Shown: positions 48,822 to 60,297, numbered from the stretch's first letter. The stretch is DNA of 64,000 nucleotides from Candidatus Hadarchaeota archaeon (GCA_964384105.1 CAYLJV010000001.1:653482-717481), one strand, 5' to 3'. Notes: generated by a model from the letters alone, not told the origin. Translations and numbers: made by a program.

Positions 48822-50714
48822 ATGTCTATTTCAGTTGATGTAGGTGGAACATTTACAGACTTTGTTATATTTGAAGAGGATAAGATTCAGTATTACAAAG
48901 TTCCCTCTACTCCTAGAAGTCCGAAAGCTCTCAAAGAGGGAATTAAAAACAAAAAATACGAAGGCGAAGTCTTACTTGGATCAACAATTGCCATAAATGC
49001 TTTTCTTGAAAAAAGGGGTGCTGAAACAGCGTTTATAGTGAATGAAGGATTTGAAGATATCTTATTTATTGGAAGACAGACTCGTCCATATCTTTATGAC
49101 TTGTACGTGAAGAAACCGAAACCTCCACTCAAAAAGAATAATTGTTATGGTATTCCTGGAAGGCTTGATTCTAAGGGAAGAATAGTTAGAGATTTAGATA
49201 TTGAAAGGGTTAGAGCGATAGCAACAGAACTGAAAGAAAAGAGTCTTTCTGCTGCAGTATGTCTTCTCCATTCATATGTTAATCCCGAGCACGAAAAGAA
49301 AATCGGACGTATTTTAGAAGAATATGATATTCCTTATTCTCTTTCTTGTGAGGTTTCAGGCGAGTTTAGGGAATACGAGAGGGGGATGACAACTCTTTTA
49401 GATGCTTACGTGGCCCCTCTGACTAGAGAATATTTTTCTTCTGCTGAAAAGATCTTTGAAAAAGAGCCATTAGTAATGAAGTCTGGAGGGGGATTGGAAC
49501 CTGCCTCTACTGTGAAGCCAGTAGATTTATTCTATTCCGGCCCGGCTGGCGGAGTAGCTGGTAGTGCGTACATTGCGGGCATTACAGACGTGGAAAATAT
49601 AGTAACTTTCGATATGGGTGGAACAAGTGCAGATATGGCTACAGTTATCAATGGTAAAATTTCTTGGAAAGATGAAGGAAAAGTTGGAGAGTTTCCAGTT
49701 CAGGCAAGAATGGTGGATATCGTAACCGTCGGTTCGGGCGGAGGAAGTATTGCAAGATGTGATCGTGGAGGTATACTGAGAGTCGGTCCCGAGAGTGCAG
49801 GGTCGGAACCCGGTCCAGTATGTTATGATAAAGGTGGAGAGAAACCCACTATCACAGATGCTTTACTTTTAATGGGATATATCAATCCGGACTACTTCTT
49901 GGGAGGGACAATGGAACTCGATGAAAAGCACGCACTTTCTTCTTTAGAGAAGTTATCTAATGAATTGGGAATGGATTTTGAAGATACTCTTTTAGGTATA
50001 TTTCAAGTAGCCAATTCCAATATGGGTAAAACAATGAAGAAAATAACCGTAGAGAAAGGTTTGGATCCAAAAGATTTCGCTATTTTAGCTTTTGGTGGCG
50101 CTGGACCGTTACATGCTGCATACATAGGAGAAGAACTAGGGATAAATTATGTTATGGTCCCACCCATGCCAGGCGTTTTCTCTGCTTTCGGAATTGCAAC
50201 GGGTGACATTGTCAGAGATTACTCAAAAACTCTGATTTCTCCTTTGTCTGAAAGAGAGAAAATAGGACGAACTATTAAAGAACTTCAAGAAAAAGCAGTC
50301 GATGGTTCAGAAACTGTGTACTTAGGATTGAGATATAAAGGTCAAAGTTATCATATAAATATTCCTTATGAAGGCAATATTGAGAAAAAATTTCATCAAG
50401 AACATGAAAGAAGATATGGTTATTCCGACGTAGAAACTCAAATTGAAGTAGTTAGAATTCACTTAGAAGTAAGGGAAACTTGTGATTTAGTAAGCTTTCC
50501 ATCTAGGGAAAAGAGGACATCAGAATCCAGGTCTAGAACTTGCCTTTTCCCGGAAGGAACCTATGAAACGGAAATTCGCTATAGGGAAAGCTTGACCAAA
50601 AATTCGAATGGGAGTGGACCTTGTATTATAGAAGACATCAACTCTAGCATTTTAGTCCCACCTGCCTGGAGTTACCGTGTTGACTCAGATGGAATAATTC
50701 ACATGAAGGGATAA
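48822..50714 (+). CDS. Hydantoinase/5-oxoprolinase subunit A (ATP-binding)
   Basis: DVGGTFTD, EFREYER, SGPAGG, DMGGTS, GPESAG..PGP.CY, FGGAGPLH. Confidence 0.93.
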   Translation: MSISVDVGGTFTDFVIFEEDKIQYYKVPSTPRSPKALKEGIKNKKYEGEVLLGSTIAINAFLEKRGAETAFIVNEGFEDILFIGRQTRPYLYDLYVKKPKPPLKKNNCYGIPGRLDSKGRIVRDLDIERVRAIATELKEKSLSAAVCLLHSYVNPEHEKKIGRILEEYDIPYSLSCEVSGEFREYERGMTTLLDAYVAPLTREYFSSAEKIFEKEPLVMKSGGGLEPASTVKPVDLFYSGPAGGVAGSAYIAGITDVENIVTFDMGGTSADMATVINGKISWKDEGKVGEFPVQARMVDIVTVGSGGGSIARCDRGGILRVGPESAGSEPGPVCYDKGGEKPTITDALLLMGYINPDYFLGGTMELDEKHALSSLEKLSNELGMDFEDTLLGIFQVANSNMGKTMKKITVEKGLDPKDFAILAFGGAGPLHAAYIGEELGINYVMVPPMPGVFSAFGIATGDIVRDYSKTLISPLSEREKIGRTIKELQEKAVDGSETVYLGLRYKGQSYHINIPYEGNIEKKFHQEHERRYGYSDVETQIEVVRIHLEVRETCDLVSFPSREKRTSESRSRTCLFPEGTYETEIRYRESLTKNSNGSGPCIIEDINSSILVPPAWSYRVDSDGIIHMKG

Positions 50715-50715
50715 A

Positions 50716-52254
50716 ATGGAGAGTTTGAACCCTGCTCAGCTCGAGATTATGAAAAATGCATTTACTGCAATTCCTGAGCAGATGGGTGCGTCACTACAAC
50801 GGAGTAGTCATTCCCCCAATATTAAAGAGAGAAAAGACGAGTCCTGTGCTATCTTTACCTCTGAGAGAGAATTATTGGCTCAGGCTGAGCATATTCCGGT
50901 CCACTTGGGTGCTATACCAAAATCGATTGAACATGCGGTTGAAAGCTGCGAAATGAACCAAGGCGATCAGATCATTCTAAATGATCCCTATTCTGGAGGG
51001 ACCCATCTCCCAGATATAACACTGATTAAGCCGGTCTATGATAAAGAAAGGCATTTAGGTTACGTTGTAAATCGCGCCCATCATGCCGATATAGGGGGAG
51101 AAACTCCAGGATCTATGCCCGGAAAAGCTGAGAGAATTGAAGAGGAGGGAATTATCATTTCCCCCACACACATAGTAAAAGAAGGAGAGTACGTTGATAG
51201 AATAATTAGTCTCATTCAGGAAGCAAGATCCCCAAAAGAGAGATGGGGGGATATTAGGGCCCAGATCGGGGCTAACGAGAGAGGAGCAAAAGAATTTAGA
51301 AAAGCTGTCAAAAGATTTGGATTAAAAAGGTATATTGCATTTGTAAGACAAATACTGGATTACTCAGAGAATAGAACTAGAAGTGTTATAGGCGATTTAC
51401 AGAATGGAACTAGCTCTGACTGGGACTTAATGGAATGGGACGAAGAAGTTAGACTAGAAGTCACGATAGAAATCAAAGATGGAAAGGTAAATTTTAATTT
51501 TTCAGGAACAAGCGACCAGGTTGAAGGGAACATTAATGCTCCTGAACCTGTAACACTTTCCGGGGTATATTATGTTCTTAGATGTTTGTTAGGAGCAGAC
51601 ATCCCTGTAAACGAAGGTTGCCATCGACCTATAAAAGTAGTTATTCCAGAAGGTAGCTTGTTAAATCCAAAGTGGCCTGCAGCAGTTTCAGCAGGTAATG
51701 TAGAAACGTCACAGAGGGTAGTAGAGTTATTGTTTAAAACTTTGAGATTTTTACTTCCGGATACTATACCTGCCGAGAGCCAAGGAACAATGAATAATTT
51801 GACTATTGGTAATGATCAATTTTCTTACTACGAGACAGTGGGGGGAGGGGCTGGAGCTTCTTCAAAAGGAGCGGGCGAAAGCGGAGTCCAGGTTCACATG
51901 ACAAATACTAAGAATACACCTATCGAATCGATAGAGAATAATTACCCTCTTTGTGTAACCTCCTATTGTATAAGGGAGGAGTCCGGTGGTGATGGTCTTT
52001 TCCCAGGTGGTTGCGGACTTATTAGGGAAATAGAGTTTTTGGATGATAGAGCAATATTGTCGATACAATCGGAAAGAAGGAAGTACAGACCGAAGGGAGT
52101 AGAGGGGGGTGGCGATGGAAAGAGGGGGAAGAACTTGATAATTAGAGATGGAATAGTAGAGGAGCTCCCCGGAAAGGTGACCTTGCCCATAAGAAAAGGA
52201 GAAAAAGTGCGAATAGAGACTCCTGGAGGTGGCGGTTGGGGTTCTAAAAAATAG
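50716..52254 (+). CDS. Hydantoinase/5-oxoprolinase subunit B
   Basis: SPNIKERKD.SCA, HIPVHLG, NDPY.GGTHLPD, AHHADIGG, GNVETSQR, HMTNT, ETPGGGGWG. Confidence 0.94.
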   Translation: MESLNPAQLEIMKNAFTAIPEQMGASLQRSSHSPNIKERKDESCAIFTSERELLAQAEHIPVHLGAIPKSIEHAVESCEMNQGDQIILNDPYSGGTHLPDITLIKPVYDKERHLGYVVNRAHHADIGGETPGSMPGKAERIEEEGIIISPTHIVKEGEYVDRIISLIQEARSPKERWGDIRAQIGANERGAKEFRKAVKRFGLKRYIAFVRQILDYSENRTRSVIGDLQNGTSSDWDLMEWDEEVRLEVTIEIKDGKVNFNFSGTSDQVEGNINAPEPVTLSGVYYVLRCLLGADIPVNEGCHRPIKVVIPEGSLLNPKWPAAVSAGNVETSQRVVELLFKTLRFLLPDTIPAESQGTMNNLTIGNDQFSYYETVGGGAGASSKGAGESGVQVHMTNTKNTPIESIENNYPLCVTSYCIREESGGDGLFPGGCGLIREIEFLDDRAILSIQSERRKYRPKGVEGGGDGKRGKNLIIRDGIVEELPGKVTLPIRKGEKVRIETPGGGGWGSKK

Positions 52255-52267
52255 TTTGCTTTCGGTA

Positions 52268-53059
52268 TTAGTCTTTTTCGAGTCTCCATTTTAGATTATC
52301 GTGCTGTATCAGTTCTCTGTGTGGGAATGGTATACCAATTCCCGCCTTCTCGTATTTTTCTTTAATGCTCGTAATTACATCGTTGATTACTTTCCGTCTC
52401 TTACCAGGAACCGGGTCATCGATCCAAAATAGGATTTCAATGTTTACCGAACTATCGGCTAGTTCATCTACCAATGCCTTGGGTTTTGGCTCGCTTAATA
52501 TCATTTCATGTTTTTCGAGTTCTTTCTCTGCTATCTCTTTTGCTTTTACCGGATCTGCGTCATAGTCAATACCGATTGTTTTCTTAACTCTAAGTTTCCC
52601 CATTCTCGATTTATTGTTTATTTCTGTTGATGAAACTGTTTGATTAGGTATTGAGATTAATTCACCCTCAAAAGTTCTTAGGCGGGTATTTATCACTGTT
52701 ATATCCTCTACCACCCCTGAATAACCTGAAATTTCGATCCAATCCCCAATATCAAAAGGTCTAGAAAACATCAGCAGCATACCAGATATAACATTTCCAA
52801 GTGTTTCTTGGGCAGCGAGTCCTATTACTAGACCCATAAACCCAGCTCCAGCTAATAGTCCGGTTAAATTGATGCCCCAAATTCCCAAAATCACAAAGAG
52901 TGCAACTACGGATATTATTATTTGAAATATTCGATATATAGTTCTTCTAAAATGCTTCTCTACAGTTCCTGCGGCGAAATGCCTGAGAGATCTCTGGATT
53001 ATCTTCATTATTATGATAGCGACTATGACCACTACGATAATAGATATGATTTTAGTCAT
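52268..53059 (-). CDS. mscS: Small-conductance mechanosensitive channel (MscS family)
   Basis: GLVIGLAAQETLGNVISG, RPFDIGDWI, IPN, GIGIPFP. Confidence 0.93.
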   Translation of the reverse strand: MTKIISIIVVVIVAIIIMKIIQRSLRHFAAGTVEKHFRRTIYRIFQIIISVVALFVILGIWGINLTGLLAGAGFMGLVIGLAAQETLGNVISGMLLMFSRPFDIGDWIEISGYSGVVEDITVINTRLRTFEGELISIPNQTVSSTEINNKSRMGKLRVKKTIGIDYDADPVKAKEIAEKELEKHEMILSEPKPKALVDELADSSVNIEILFWIDDPVPGKRRKVINDVITSIKEKYEKAGIGIPFPHRELIQHDNLKWRLEKD

Positions 53060-53234
53060 TGTCTCCGAATTCTGAGTGAAAAAACCTACTAATGTTTCTA
53101 CTACTTGAGATGAAATTTTATCTTCCCTTTGTTTAGTACAATTTAGAACATTTATTTTTAAAGACTTTATTAAATCGGCATGTCTTGATTAAGTAGATAA
53201 CTTATTCAATATTAGTTATAGGTGATGTATAATT

Positions 53235-53963
53235 ATGGAGAGTACTGATACGATAGAGCGTAGCGAGAAAATAGAAGAAATGGTGTGTAGAGGAGAAAAA
53301 AGAAAATATTACCGTTTCAGAAGCACTCGGTTCTATGGGGGAATAGCCACTGCAGACTGTGTAGGTTGTAATTTAGATTGTCGCTACTGTTGGAGTGATC
53401 AACCTAGAAAGAAACCGAATGAAATTGGTGAATTTAAAACACCAAAAGAGGTAGCTGAGAGGCTAATAAATATTTCTGAAAAAGAAGGATATTCTCAAGC
53501 TCGGATTTCCGGTAATGAGCCGACCATTGGAAAAAAACACCTTTATCTAATATTAAAACAACTCAAGGAATATTCACTTAGGTTCATTCTTGAAACAAAT
53601 GGTATTCTCATAGGTTTGGATCACGACTATGCAGAATCTCTTTCCAATTTTAGTAATCTATATGTTAGAGTTTCCTTGAAAGGAACCTCACGAGAACAAT
53701 TCTCTACTTTAACGGGCATGGACCCGACTGGTTTTGAGTTTCAACTAGAGGCCCTAAGAAATCTAACAGAAACTGGTTGCAGTTGTGGCGTTGCAATTAT
53801 GAAAGATTTTGTAAATGAAGGTCAGATGAACTCGATCATAGAGAAGTTAAAGAAAATAAACCCCAATTTACTATTAAATTTAGAACTCGAAAAATTGAAA
53901 ATATATCCTCATGTCAGAAGGAGACTTGGAAATCACAACTTGTTAGAGAGGCTTGAAGATTAG
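53235..53963 (+). CDS. Radical SAM protein, short archaeal type, function unknown
   Basis: FYGGIATADCVGCNLDCRYCW (CxxxCxxC), RISGNEPT, LETNG. Confidence 0.9.
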   Translation: MESTDTIERSEKIEEMVCRGEKRKYYRFRSTRFYGGIATADCVGCNLDCRYCWSDQPRKKPNEIGEFKTPKEVAERLINISEKEGYSQARISGNEPTIGKKHLYLILKQLKEYSLRFILETNGILIGLDHDYAESLSNFSNLYVRVSLKGTSREQFSTLTGMDPTGFEFQLEALRNLTETGCSCGVAIMKDFVNEGQMNSIIEKLKKINPNLLLNLELEKLKIYPHVRRRLGNHNLLERLED

Positions 53964-54016
53964 TTTTGATGATGTTTAGAGAAGTAATTATAACTGTTTA
54001 TAATTAACTTTAGAGA

Positions 54017-55303
54017 GTGAAGGTGGTACGAATTAAAGAGCTAGAAATAGAGGGAATAAAAGCCAGAGAGATCCTTGATTGTAGGTTAGAGCCCACACTT
54101 CAGGTTGATGTCTGGACTAGAGGAGGGTGTTTAGGTCGAGCGGATGTTCCTTGCGGACGGTCTACGGGTACGAATGAAGCGAAGCAGATTAGAGATGGAG
54201 GATCGAGGTTCAACGGCAAAGGAATGCTAGAGGCAGTCGAAAGAGTAAATCAGATAGTAGGACCCGAATTAGTAGGTAAAAAGATTACGAGCCAGAGAGA
54301 GATTGACGAAACTATGGTAAATCTCGACGGTACAAGTGATAAAAGTAGGCTGGGTGGAAATGTAATTACGGGTGTTTCTCTTGCTGTCCTAAAAACTGCG
54401 GCAGATGCATTAAACCTCCCTCTGTACCGGTATATAGGCGGCACAAATTCCTACACACTTCCAATTCCCCTTTTAGATGTGATTGAGGGTGGAAAACTAG
54501 CTTCAAATGATTTAGATTTTCAAGAACATCAAATTATACCAGTAGGCGCCGGAACCTTTTCGGAGGCTATACGGATGGGCGCCGAGGTTTATTCGGAGCT
54601 CGGCAGAATCTTAGTTAAGGGGTGGGGTAAGAATTCGCTGAACGTTGGTTTTGAGGGCGGATATACACCTCCAAAAATGAAAGATCCTAGAGATGCGTTC
54701 GATGAGATTTTGAAAGCTATTAGTGAACTCGGCTATGATGATAAATTTTCTCTTGGAATAGATGCAGCAGCCAGTCATTTCTACTCAGAAGAATCTGGAA
54801 CCTACCAGTTTATGGAAAAGGAATTGACCCGGGAAGAGCTTTTTGAGTATTACAATGATCTTGTTAAAACATATCCTATAAAATCGATAGAGGATCCCCT
54901 GCACGAGGAAGATTTTGAGGGTTTCAAAAAACTTACTGAGGAGCTAGATATACAGATAGTGGGAGATGATATTTTCGTTACAAATACCGATCGACTGAAA
55001 AGAGGGATTGACATAGGCGCTGGGAACTGTCTTTTGTTGAAGGTAAACCAGGTGGGAACTGTGAGTGAGGCGCTAGATGCTGCAAATTTAGCTTTTAGAA
55101 ATAGTTACAATGTTCAGGTTTCAGAGAGATCCGGTCAGACCGCGGATACTTGGCTTGCTGACTTGGCAGTTGGGCTTAACTCTGGACAGATAAAGACTGG
55201 CGTTACAAGAGGAGAAAGAACGGAACAGTACAATAGGTTACTACAGATAGAGGAAGAACTTGGAGAAAACGCCGCTTACGCTGACTGGTCCGTTAAGTGC
55301 TAG
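54017..55303 (+). CDS. Enolase homolog with altered substrate-site residues
   Basis: AREILD, LGGN, QE, EGG, DAAAS, IEDP, VGDD, LLKVNQ.G, GQIKTG; but GGKLA and SERSGQ in place of GGxHA and SHRSGE. Confidence 0.88.
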   Translation: MKVVRIKELEIEGIKAREILDCRLEPTLQVDVWTRGGCLGRADVPCGRSTGTNEAKQIRDGGSRFNGKGMLEAVERVNQIVGPELVGKKITSQREIDETMVNLDGTSDKSRLGGNVITGVSLAVLKTAADALNLPLYRYIGGTNSYTLPIPLLDVIEGGKLASNDLDFQEHQIIPVGAGTFSEAIRMGAEVYSELGRILVKGWGKNSLNVGFEGGYTPPKMKDPRDAFDEILKAISELGYDDKFSLGIDAAASHFYSEESGTYQFMEKELTREELFEYYNDLVKTYPIKSIEDPLHEEDFEGFKKLTEELDIQIVGDDIFVTNTDRLKRGIDIGAGNCLLLKVNQVGTVSEALDAANLAFRNSYNVQVSERSGQTADTWLADLAVGLNSGQIKTGVTRGERTEQYNRLLQIEEELGENAAYADWSVKC

Positions 55304-55316
55304 ATCGGATGATAGT

Positions 55317-56678
55317 ATGGTAATAAATAATCGAGAAACTCTTGTTTCTCATGGTAATTCAGAAGCCAGAAACTCACTCATAGAGATCGCGGAATATGCA
55401 ATAGAAAAAATGAATCCAAGCAATTTTCTTTCTAATTTTGTTCGAATAAAAAACGGTTCTGTATTACAAGTTGAGGATTCTGTTTATGATCTATCAGAAA
55501 TAAACAGAATTTTTGTTATTGGTTTGGGAAAAGGTTCGTTACATTTGGTTAAAGCTTTGAAAAATATTCTGGATAAGGAGATTGAGGGTGGTATAGTTGT
55601 TGAAAAGAAAGGGCAAGGAGAAAGTTTAGATTGGATAAAAGTTTTGGAGGCTAGTCATCCAATTCCCTCTTCTGATGGTGTTTATGCGAGTCAAAAAGTC
55701 CTTGAGCTTGCAAAAGAGACTAAAAAAGAAGACCTTGTATTTGTGTGCGTTCTAGGAGGAGCCTCTGCTTTGCTTCCTTCACCTCCTGAAGGTATCAGTA
55801 TTAAGGAAAAAGCAAAAATAACAGAGCTTCTTTTAAAATCGGGTGCTCAGATCGAAGAAATAAACGCTGTAAGAAAACATATTTCTAATTTTAAAGGAGG
55901 AAAACTGGCGAAATTACTTCAACCCGCACAGATTGTTAATCTGATAGTTGTAGATGAGGTCTCCGGTCTGCCATGGGGCCCTACAGTTCCAGACGAGACC
56001 ACATTCTCTGATGCAATCAATATTTTAAATCACTACGATTTGTGGAAAAAAACACCAACTTCAATAAGAGATCATCTTATTCAGGGGACTAAACGTCCTG
56101 AGCTCGAAACCCTAAAACCAAAAGATTTCATCGATTTAAATGTAAAAAGTGTTGTTTTGCTAGACGCTAGTAAGTTGTGTGAAGCCTCTAAGGAAAAAGC
56201 TGAAGAGTTAGGATTCAATTCGATGATTCTTTCTACTATGGTTGAAGGAGAAAGTAGAGAGATTGGTAAATTTCTGGCAAGTGTTGCAAAGGAAATATCG
56301 TTTAATGGGAGACCTATGGAGCCGCCCTGTATTATAATTACAGGAGGCGAAACAACGGTTACGATTTCAGGAGAATGTGGGGAAGGAGGACCAAATCAAG
56401 AGTTGGTATTGGCATTTTCCTTGGAGATAGACGGAAATTTGGATATTTCGTGTTTATCAATTGGAACGGACGGAACAGATGGACCAACAGATATTGCAGG
56501 AGGAATCGTGGATGGTTATACACCGAAGAGAGCAAAAGAACTAGGGTTAGACATTCGAAAAAGTTTGAAAAAACACGAATCATCTCGTGTTCTAAAGAAG
56601 TTAGGGGATGCAATTTACACGGATAATACTGGAACCAACCTTATGGATTTGAGAATAATACTCATAGAAAAAGAATAA
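55317..56678 (+). CDS. Glycerate 2-kinase family protein (GckA/TtuD, MOFRL domain), divergent
   Basis: IGLGKG, ASHPIP, GGASAL, INAVRKHIS..KGGKL, GGETTV, GTDGTDG, TGTNLMD. Confidence 0.88.
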   Translation: MVINNRETLVSHGNSEARNSLIEIAEYAIEKMNPSNFLSNFVRIKNGSVLQVEDSVYDLSEINRIFVIGLGKGSLHLVKALKNILDKEIEGGIVVEKKGQGESLDWIKVLEASHPIPSSDGVYASQKVLELAKETKKEDLVFVCVLGGASALLPSPPEGISIKEKAKITELLLKSGAQIEEINAVRKHISNFKGGKLAKLLQPAQIVNLIVVDEVSGLPWGPTVPDETTFSDAINILNHYDLWKKTPTSIRDHLIQGTKRPELETLKPKDFIDLNVKSVVLLDASKLCEASKEKAEELGFNSMILSTMVEGESREIGKFLASVAKEISFNGRPMEPPCIIITGGETTVTISGECGEGGPNQELVLAFSLEIDGNLDISCLSIGTDGTDGPTDIAGGIVDGYTPKRAKELGLDIRKSLKKHESSRVLKKLGDAIYTDNTGTNLMDLRIILIEKE

Positions 56679-56701
56679 TGAATAACTCCCCGTTTAGGAA
56701 G

Positions 56702-57970
56702 TTATTTCTCTTGTAATTCCTCCAGTAATTCTATAGCCCGATCGGTACTGATTCTATCTTCTTCGATCATCTTTTTAGCTACTTTGTCTATCAAATCGCC
56801 TTCTGCACCCGCCACGGAAGCGATGTTTCTCGCATGGAGTTTCATGTGTCCTTTTTGTATACCCTCAGAGCTTAATGCTCGAAGAGCTGCAAGGTTTTGG
56901 GCGAGTCCAGCCGATGCCATTACTTTTCCTAGCTCTTGAGAGGTTTCTACACCTAATATTTTGATACAAGTTCTAGCTATGGGGTTAACGGACGTTGAAC
57001 CACCGACTATACCGATAGTAACCGGGACCTCTATTTCTCCGACTAAATCACCATTTTCATCTTTTCTCCAAGTAGTAAGCGGTTTGTAACTTCCATCTTT
57101 GGCAGCATATGAATGTGCACCAGCTTCCAAAGCCCTAATATCATTGCCTATGGCTAACGCAATTGAAGTCATTCCATTCATTATGCCCTTATTGTGGGTA
57201 GCACATCTATAAGGATCTCCAACAGCAAAGTGATACGCTTTTATAATCCCATCTACAACTTCTTCGCCGCCTAACTCTTCTTTGCCGAAAACAGCTTTGG
57301 CTCTGGATATCCGTTTGTCTGCCAGGTTTGATATTATCCTAAGAAATATCTCGCCGCCTGTAATGTCTTCAATTATTGGTGCAACGGCCTCGGCCATTGT
57401 ATTTACTAGATTTGCACCCATTGCATCTCGAACATCAACGATCAGGTGAACGATGATCATTTTGCCGGAAGGTGTGTCTATCTCTCTTACTTCTAGATCT
57501 TCGGCTCCACCGCCTAATTTTACGATAACAGGGTCCTGTTCATTTGCCAGCTCTAAAATATCCTTCTTCTTGGATTCAATTGCTTTTTTGGCTTTTCCGA
57601 TATCGTTTACGTCGGTGACTTGAATCTGACCTATCATCCTAGGTTCGTCTGCTTCTGCTTTAAACCCACCTTTGGACCGTGCTATTTTGGCTGCGTTAGA
57701 TGCTGCCGCTACAACTGAAGATTCTTCAGTTGCCATTGGAATCAAGTAATCCTCTCCGTTTATTACGAAGTTAACTGCTATTCCTATTGGTAACTCTAAA
57801 GTTCCAATTACATTTTCAATCATTCGATCAGCTGTATCGATATCAAGAGACCCTGTCTTACCTAGGATCTCCACTTCTTCATCTGTTAACTCGGCGAAAT
57901 CTCTAACTTCCTCTAATCGATCTTCTGGAGGCAATTTATAAAAACCGGGAATTCTCGAACTCGATGACAT
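56702..57970 (-). CDS. mvaA: HMG-CoA reductase, class II
   Basis: [51 protein letters not shown]. Confidence 0.95.
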   Translation of the reverse strand: MSSSSRIPGFYKLPPEDRLEEVRDFAELTDEEVEILGKTGSLDIDTADRMIENVIGTLELPIGIAVNFVINGEDYLIPMATEESSVVAAASNAAKIARSKGGFKAEADEPRMIGQIQVTDVNDIGKAKKAIESKKKDILELANEQDPVIVKLGGGAEDLEVREIDTPSGKMIIVHLIVDVRDAMGANLVNTMAEAVAPIIEDITGGEIFLRIISNLADKRISRAKAVFGKEELGGEEVVDGIIKAYHFAVGDPYRCATHNKGIMNGMTSIALAIGNDIRALEAGAHSYAAKDGSYKPLTTWRKDENGDLVGEIEVPVTIGIVGGSTSVNPIARTCIKILGVETSQELGKVMASAGLAQNLAALRALSSEGIQKGHMKLHARNIASVAGAEGDLIDKVAKKMIEEDRISTDRAIELLEELQEK

Positions 57971-58097
57971 TTTATCTACTCATGGGAATAACACTTTTGA
58001 ATTAATAAAGGTTTTACTTTCTAATCACAACTATTGGTCGATCAGGTTGAAAAATAAAAATAAGAATAGGGGGAAGTGCTATTTTTAATTTCTTTTC

Positions 58098-58391
58098 TTA
58101 TTTGCTCTTCCCGAGTTTTACCGTAATGGTCGAGACATTTGAAGTGCCGTCTTCTCCAGCAACTTCTTCGGTGCCGGTCTGTATGTCTAGGATTTCTAGG
58201 TCTTGTAGGAATCTGTTTCTGACGATCTCTGCAGTATCGACGGCTCTGCTTATGGCTCTACCTCGAGCTTTTAGAATTACTTCGTCGCTACCTTCGTTTA
58301 TTTGAGTAACTACTGCCAAAACATAGTTCATTACTTCCTTGTTACCAATATAGACAACATTATCGGCACTTTTTACCGATTTATCAGCCAA
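58098..58391 (-). CDS. albA: DNA/RNA-binding protein Alba
   Basis: [34 protein letters not shown]; SD GGAGG before TTG. Confidence 0.96.
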   Translation of the reverse strand: MADKSVKSADNVVYIGNKEVMNYVLAVVTQINEGSDEVILKARGRAISRAVDTAEIVRNRFLQDLEILDIQTGTEEVAGEDGTSNVSTITVKLGKSK

Positions 58392-58457
58392 TATTTTCCC
58401 TCCTTTTCTGTTTTTGTTTCCTTCTTGCGAAAACGCTAATAAAAAATTATCGTATTT

Positions 58458-58901
58458 TTACCGAAATTCAAATACCAAAACTTTTGATACACGAGAATTT
58501 TCCTTAATAGAGATACCCTTACTGCCTACATGTAATAGCATCGGGCCCAAATTCTTAGTAAAATAAGATGGATGAGTCGCGAAATTTTTTGTAATCCTAG
58601 GCAGAGGCTCTATGAAACATAATTTATTGTTTCTTAAACTTTCATTGTATTTCAAGAGATAGTCTCCTGGTTTCAAGTCCCACCAACCGTAATCGTTTTC
58701 GGGGTCTTTTATAACCGGTTTAATCTCCTTGGTCTTTGCATCTTCTCTTTCGCCGCCGCCGAAGTCTACTCTCCCTTTACTTCTAGGCTTGTAGATTTTT
58801 GAAACAGTTAAATCCATGCTATTCTCCGAAATCTGTGTCTCTGAATGGATAATACCGTCTAGAATCTTTTCGATTTTATTTCCAGGATACATATATTCCA
58901 C
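58458..58901 (-). CDS. dCTP deaminase/dUTPase-fold protein (start probably 58892)
   Basis: GIIH.ETQ, DLTV, GRVDFGGGE, YGWWDL.PG.YL..YNE, ENSRVS. Confidence 0.8.
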   Translation of the reverse strand: MEYMYPGNKIEKILDGIIHSETQISENSMDLTVSKIYKPRSKGRVDFGGGEREDAKTKEIKPVIKDPENDYGWWDLKPGDYLLKYNESLRNNKLCFIEPLPRITKNFATHPSYFTKNLGPMLLHVGSKGISIKENSRVSKVLVFEFR

Positions 58902-58965
58902 CGATTAATTGTTTAGCATTGTTTAGCTCACACTTCATAAAAAAAATTGAGAATAGGACAAAAGT

Positions 58966-60297
58966 TTAGAAAGTATTTAAGTATCTATCAAGCTCCCATT
59001 GGCTGACGTCTGTTATGTAGTCCTTCCATTCACTCAGTTTTGCTTGAATGAATTTTTCAGTAATGTGGGAACCTAATGCATTTTTTACTACTTCGTCATT
59101 TTTGAGTGCAGTTATTGACTCCTTTAGATTCTCTGGTAGCATTTTTATCCCATGTTCCCTCCGTTTTTCTTCGGTAAAATTATAGATGTCCTCTTGTATC
59201 GGATCTCCTGGTGAGATTTCATTTTCTATGCCATCTATCCCTGCTTGTAGTATTACCGCAAGTGTTAGGTAAGGATTTGAGGATGGATCAGGAGATCTGA
59301 ATTCAACTCGTGTGCTTTCTCCTGCCGCTCCTGGAACTCGTATCAGAGAGGACCGATTTATTTTACTCCAGGAAATATAAACAGGAGCTTCGTATCCTGG
59401 AACTAGGCGCTTGTATGAGTTAATCGTTGGATTACATATTGCTGTTAATGCTGGAGCATGCTCAAGTAACCCCCCCATAAAGTAATAAGCAATCTCGCTT
59501 AGATTGTATTCATCTTTTGGATCATAGAAAGCGTTTCCACTTTCTCCAAATAGTGAGATATGAGTATGCATACCGCTTCCATATCCACCGGATATGGGTT
59601 TTGGCATGAAAGTAGCGTGTAAACAATTAAGCTCTGCAATCGCCCTTACAACTGTTCTAAAAGTTGCAATATTATCGGCGGTTCTCAAAGCATCTTCATA
59701 TTTAAAATCTATCTCATACTGTCCTTCACCGCATTCATGGTGACTTGCCTCTATTTCAAATCCCATTTTCTCGAGAGTAAGAGTTATATCTCTTCTCAAC
59801 GCACTTGAAAGATCCCTTGGGGCAAAGTCGAAGTATCCTCCAAGGTCGTAAGGTCTAGTTGTGGCTGTATTCCCCTCTTTTTCGAAAATAAAAAATTCGG
59901 GTTCTGGTCCTGCCATTGGCTCCAAGCCCATATCTTTTGCTTTTTTTATTGCCCGCTTGAGAACATATCTCGGATCACCTTCAAAAGAGGAATCATCGGT
60001 ATTGACTACGTCACAGATTAATCTAGCAGTGATTACGTCTTCATTCTCATCCTGTCTCCAGGGGAGCACTGCAAATGTATCTGGATCGGGGTCAAGCCGC
60101 ATATCACTTTCTTGGATTCTAACGAAACCCTCTATTGAGGAGCCATCAAACCATATGCCATCTCTCAATGCTTTTTCTGCTTGTTCTGCGGGTATTTCCA
60201 CGCTTTTTACGATTCCAAGGATATCTGTGAATTGCAATTGGATGAATTTTATGTTTTCATCTTTGATCTTTTTTAGGATTCCATCTGTTTTTGTCAT
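58966..60297 (-). CDS. glnA: Glutamine synthetase type I
   Basis: [54 protein letters not shown]. Confidence 0.97.
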   Translation of the reverse strand: MTKTDGILKKIKDENIKFIQLQFTDILGIVKSVEIPAEQAEKALRDGIWFDGSSIEGFVRIQESDMRLDPDPDTFAVLPWRQDENEDVITARLICDVVNTDDSSFEGDPRYVLKRAIKKAKDMGLEPMAGPEPEFFIFEKEGNTATTRPYDLGGYFDFAPRDLSSALRRDITLTLEKMGFEIEASHHECGEGQYEIDFKYEDALRTADNIATFRTVVRAIAELNCLHATFMPKPISGGYGSGMHTHISLFGESGNAFYDPKDEYNLSEIAYYFMGGLLEHAPALTAICNPTINSYKRLVPGYEAPVYISWSKINRSSLIRVPGAAGESTRVEFRSPDPSSNPYLTLAVILQAGIDGIENEISPGDPIQEDIYNFTEEKRREHGIKMLPENLKESITALKNDEVVKNALGSHITEKFIQAKLSEWKDYITDVSQWELDRYLNTF

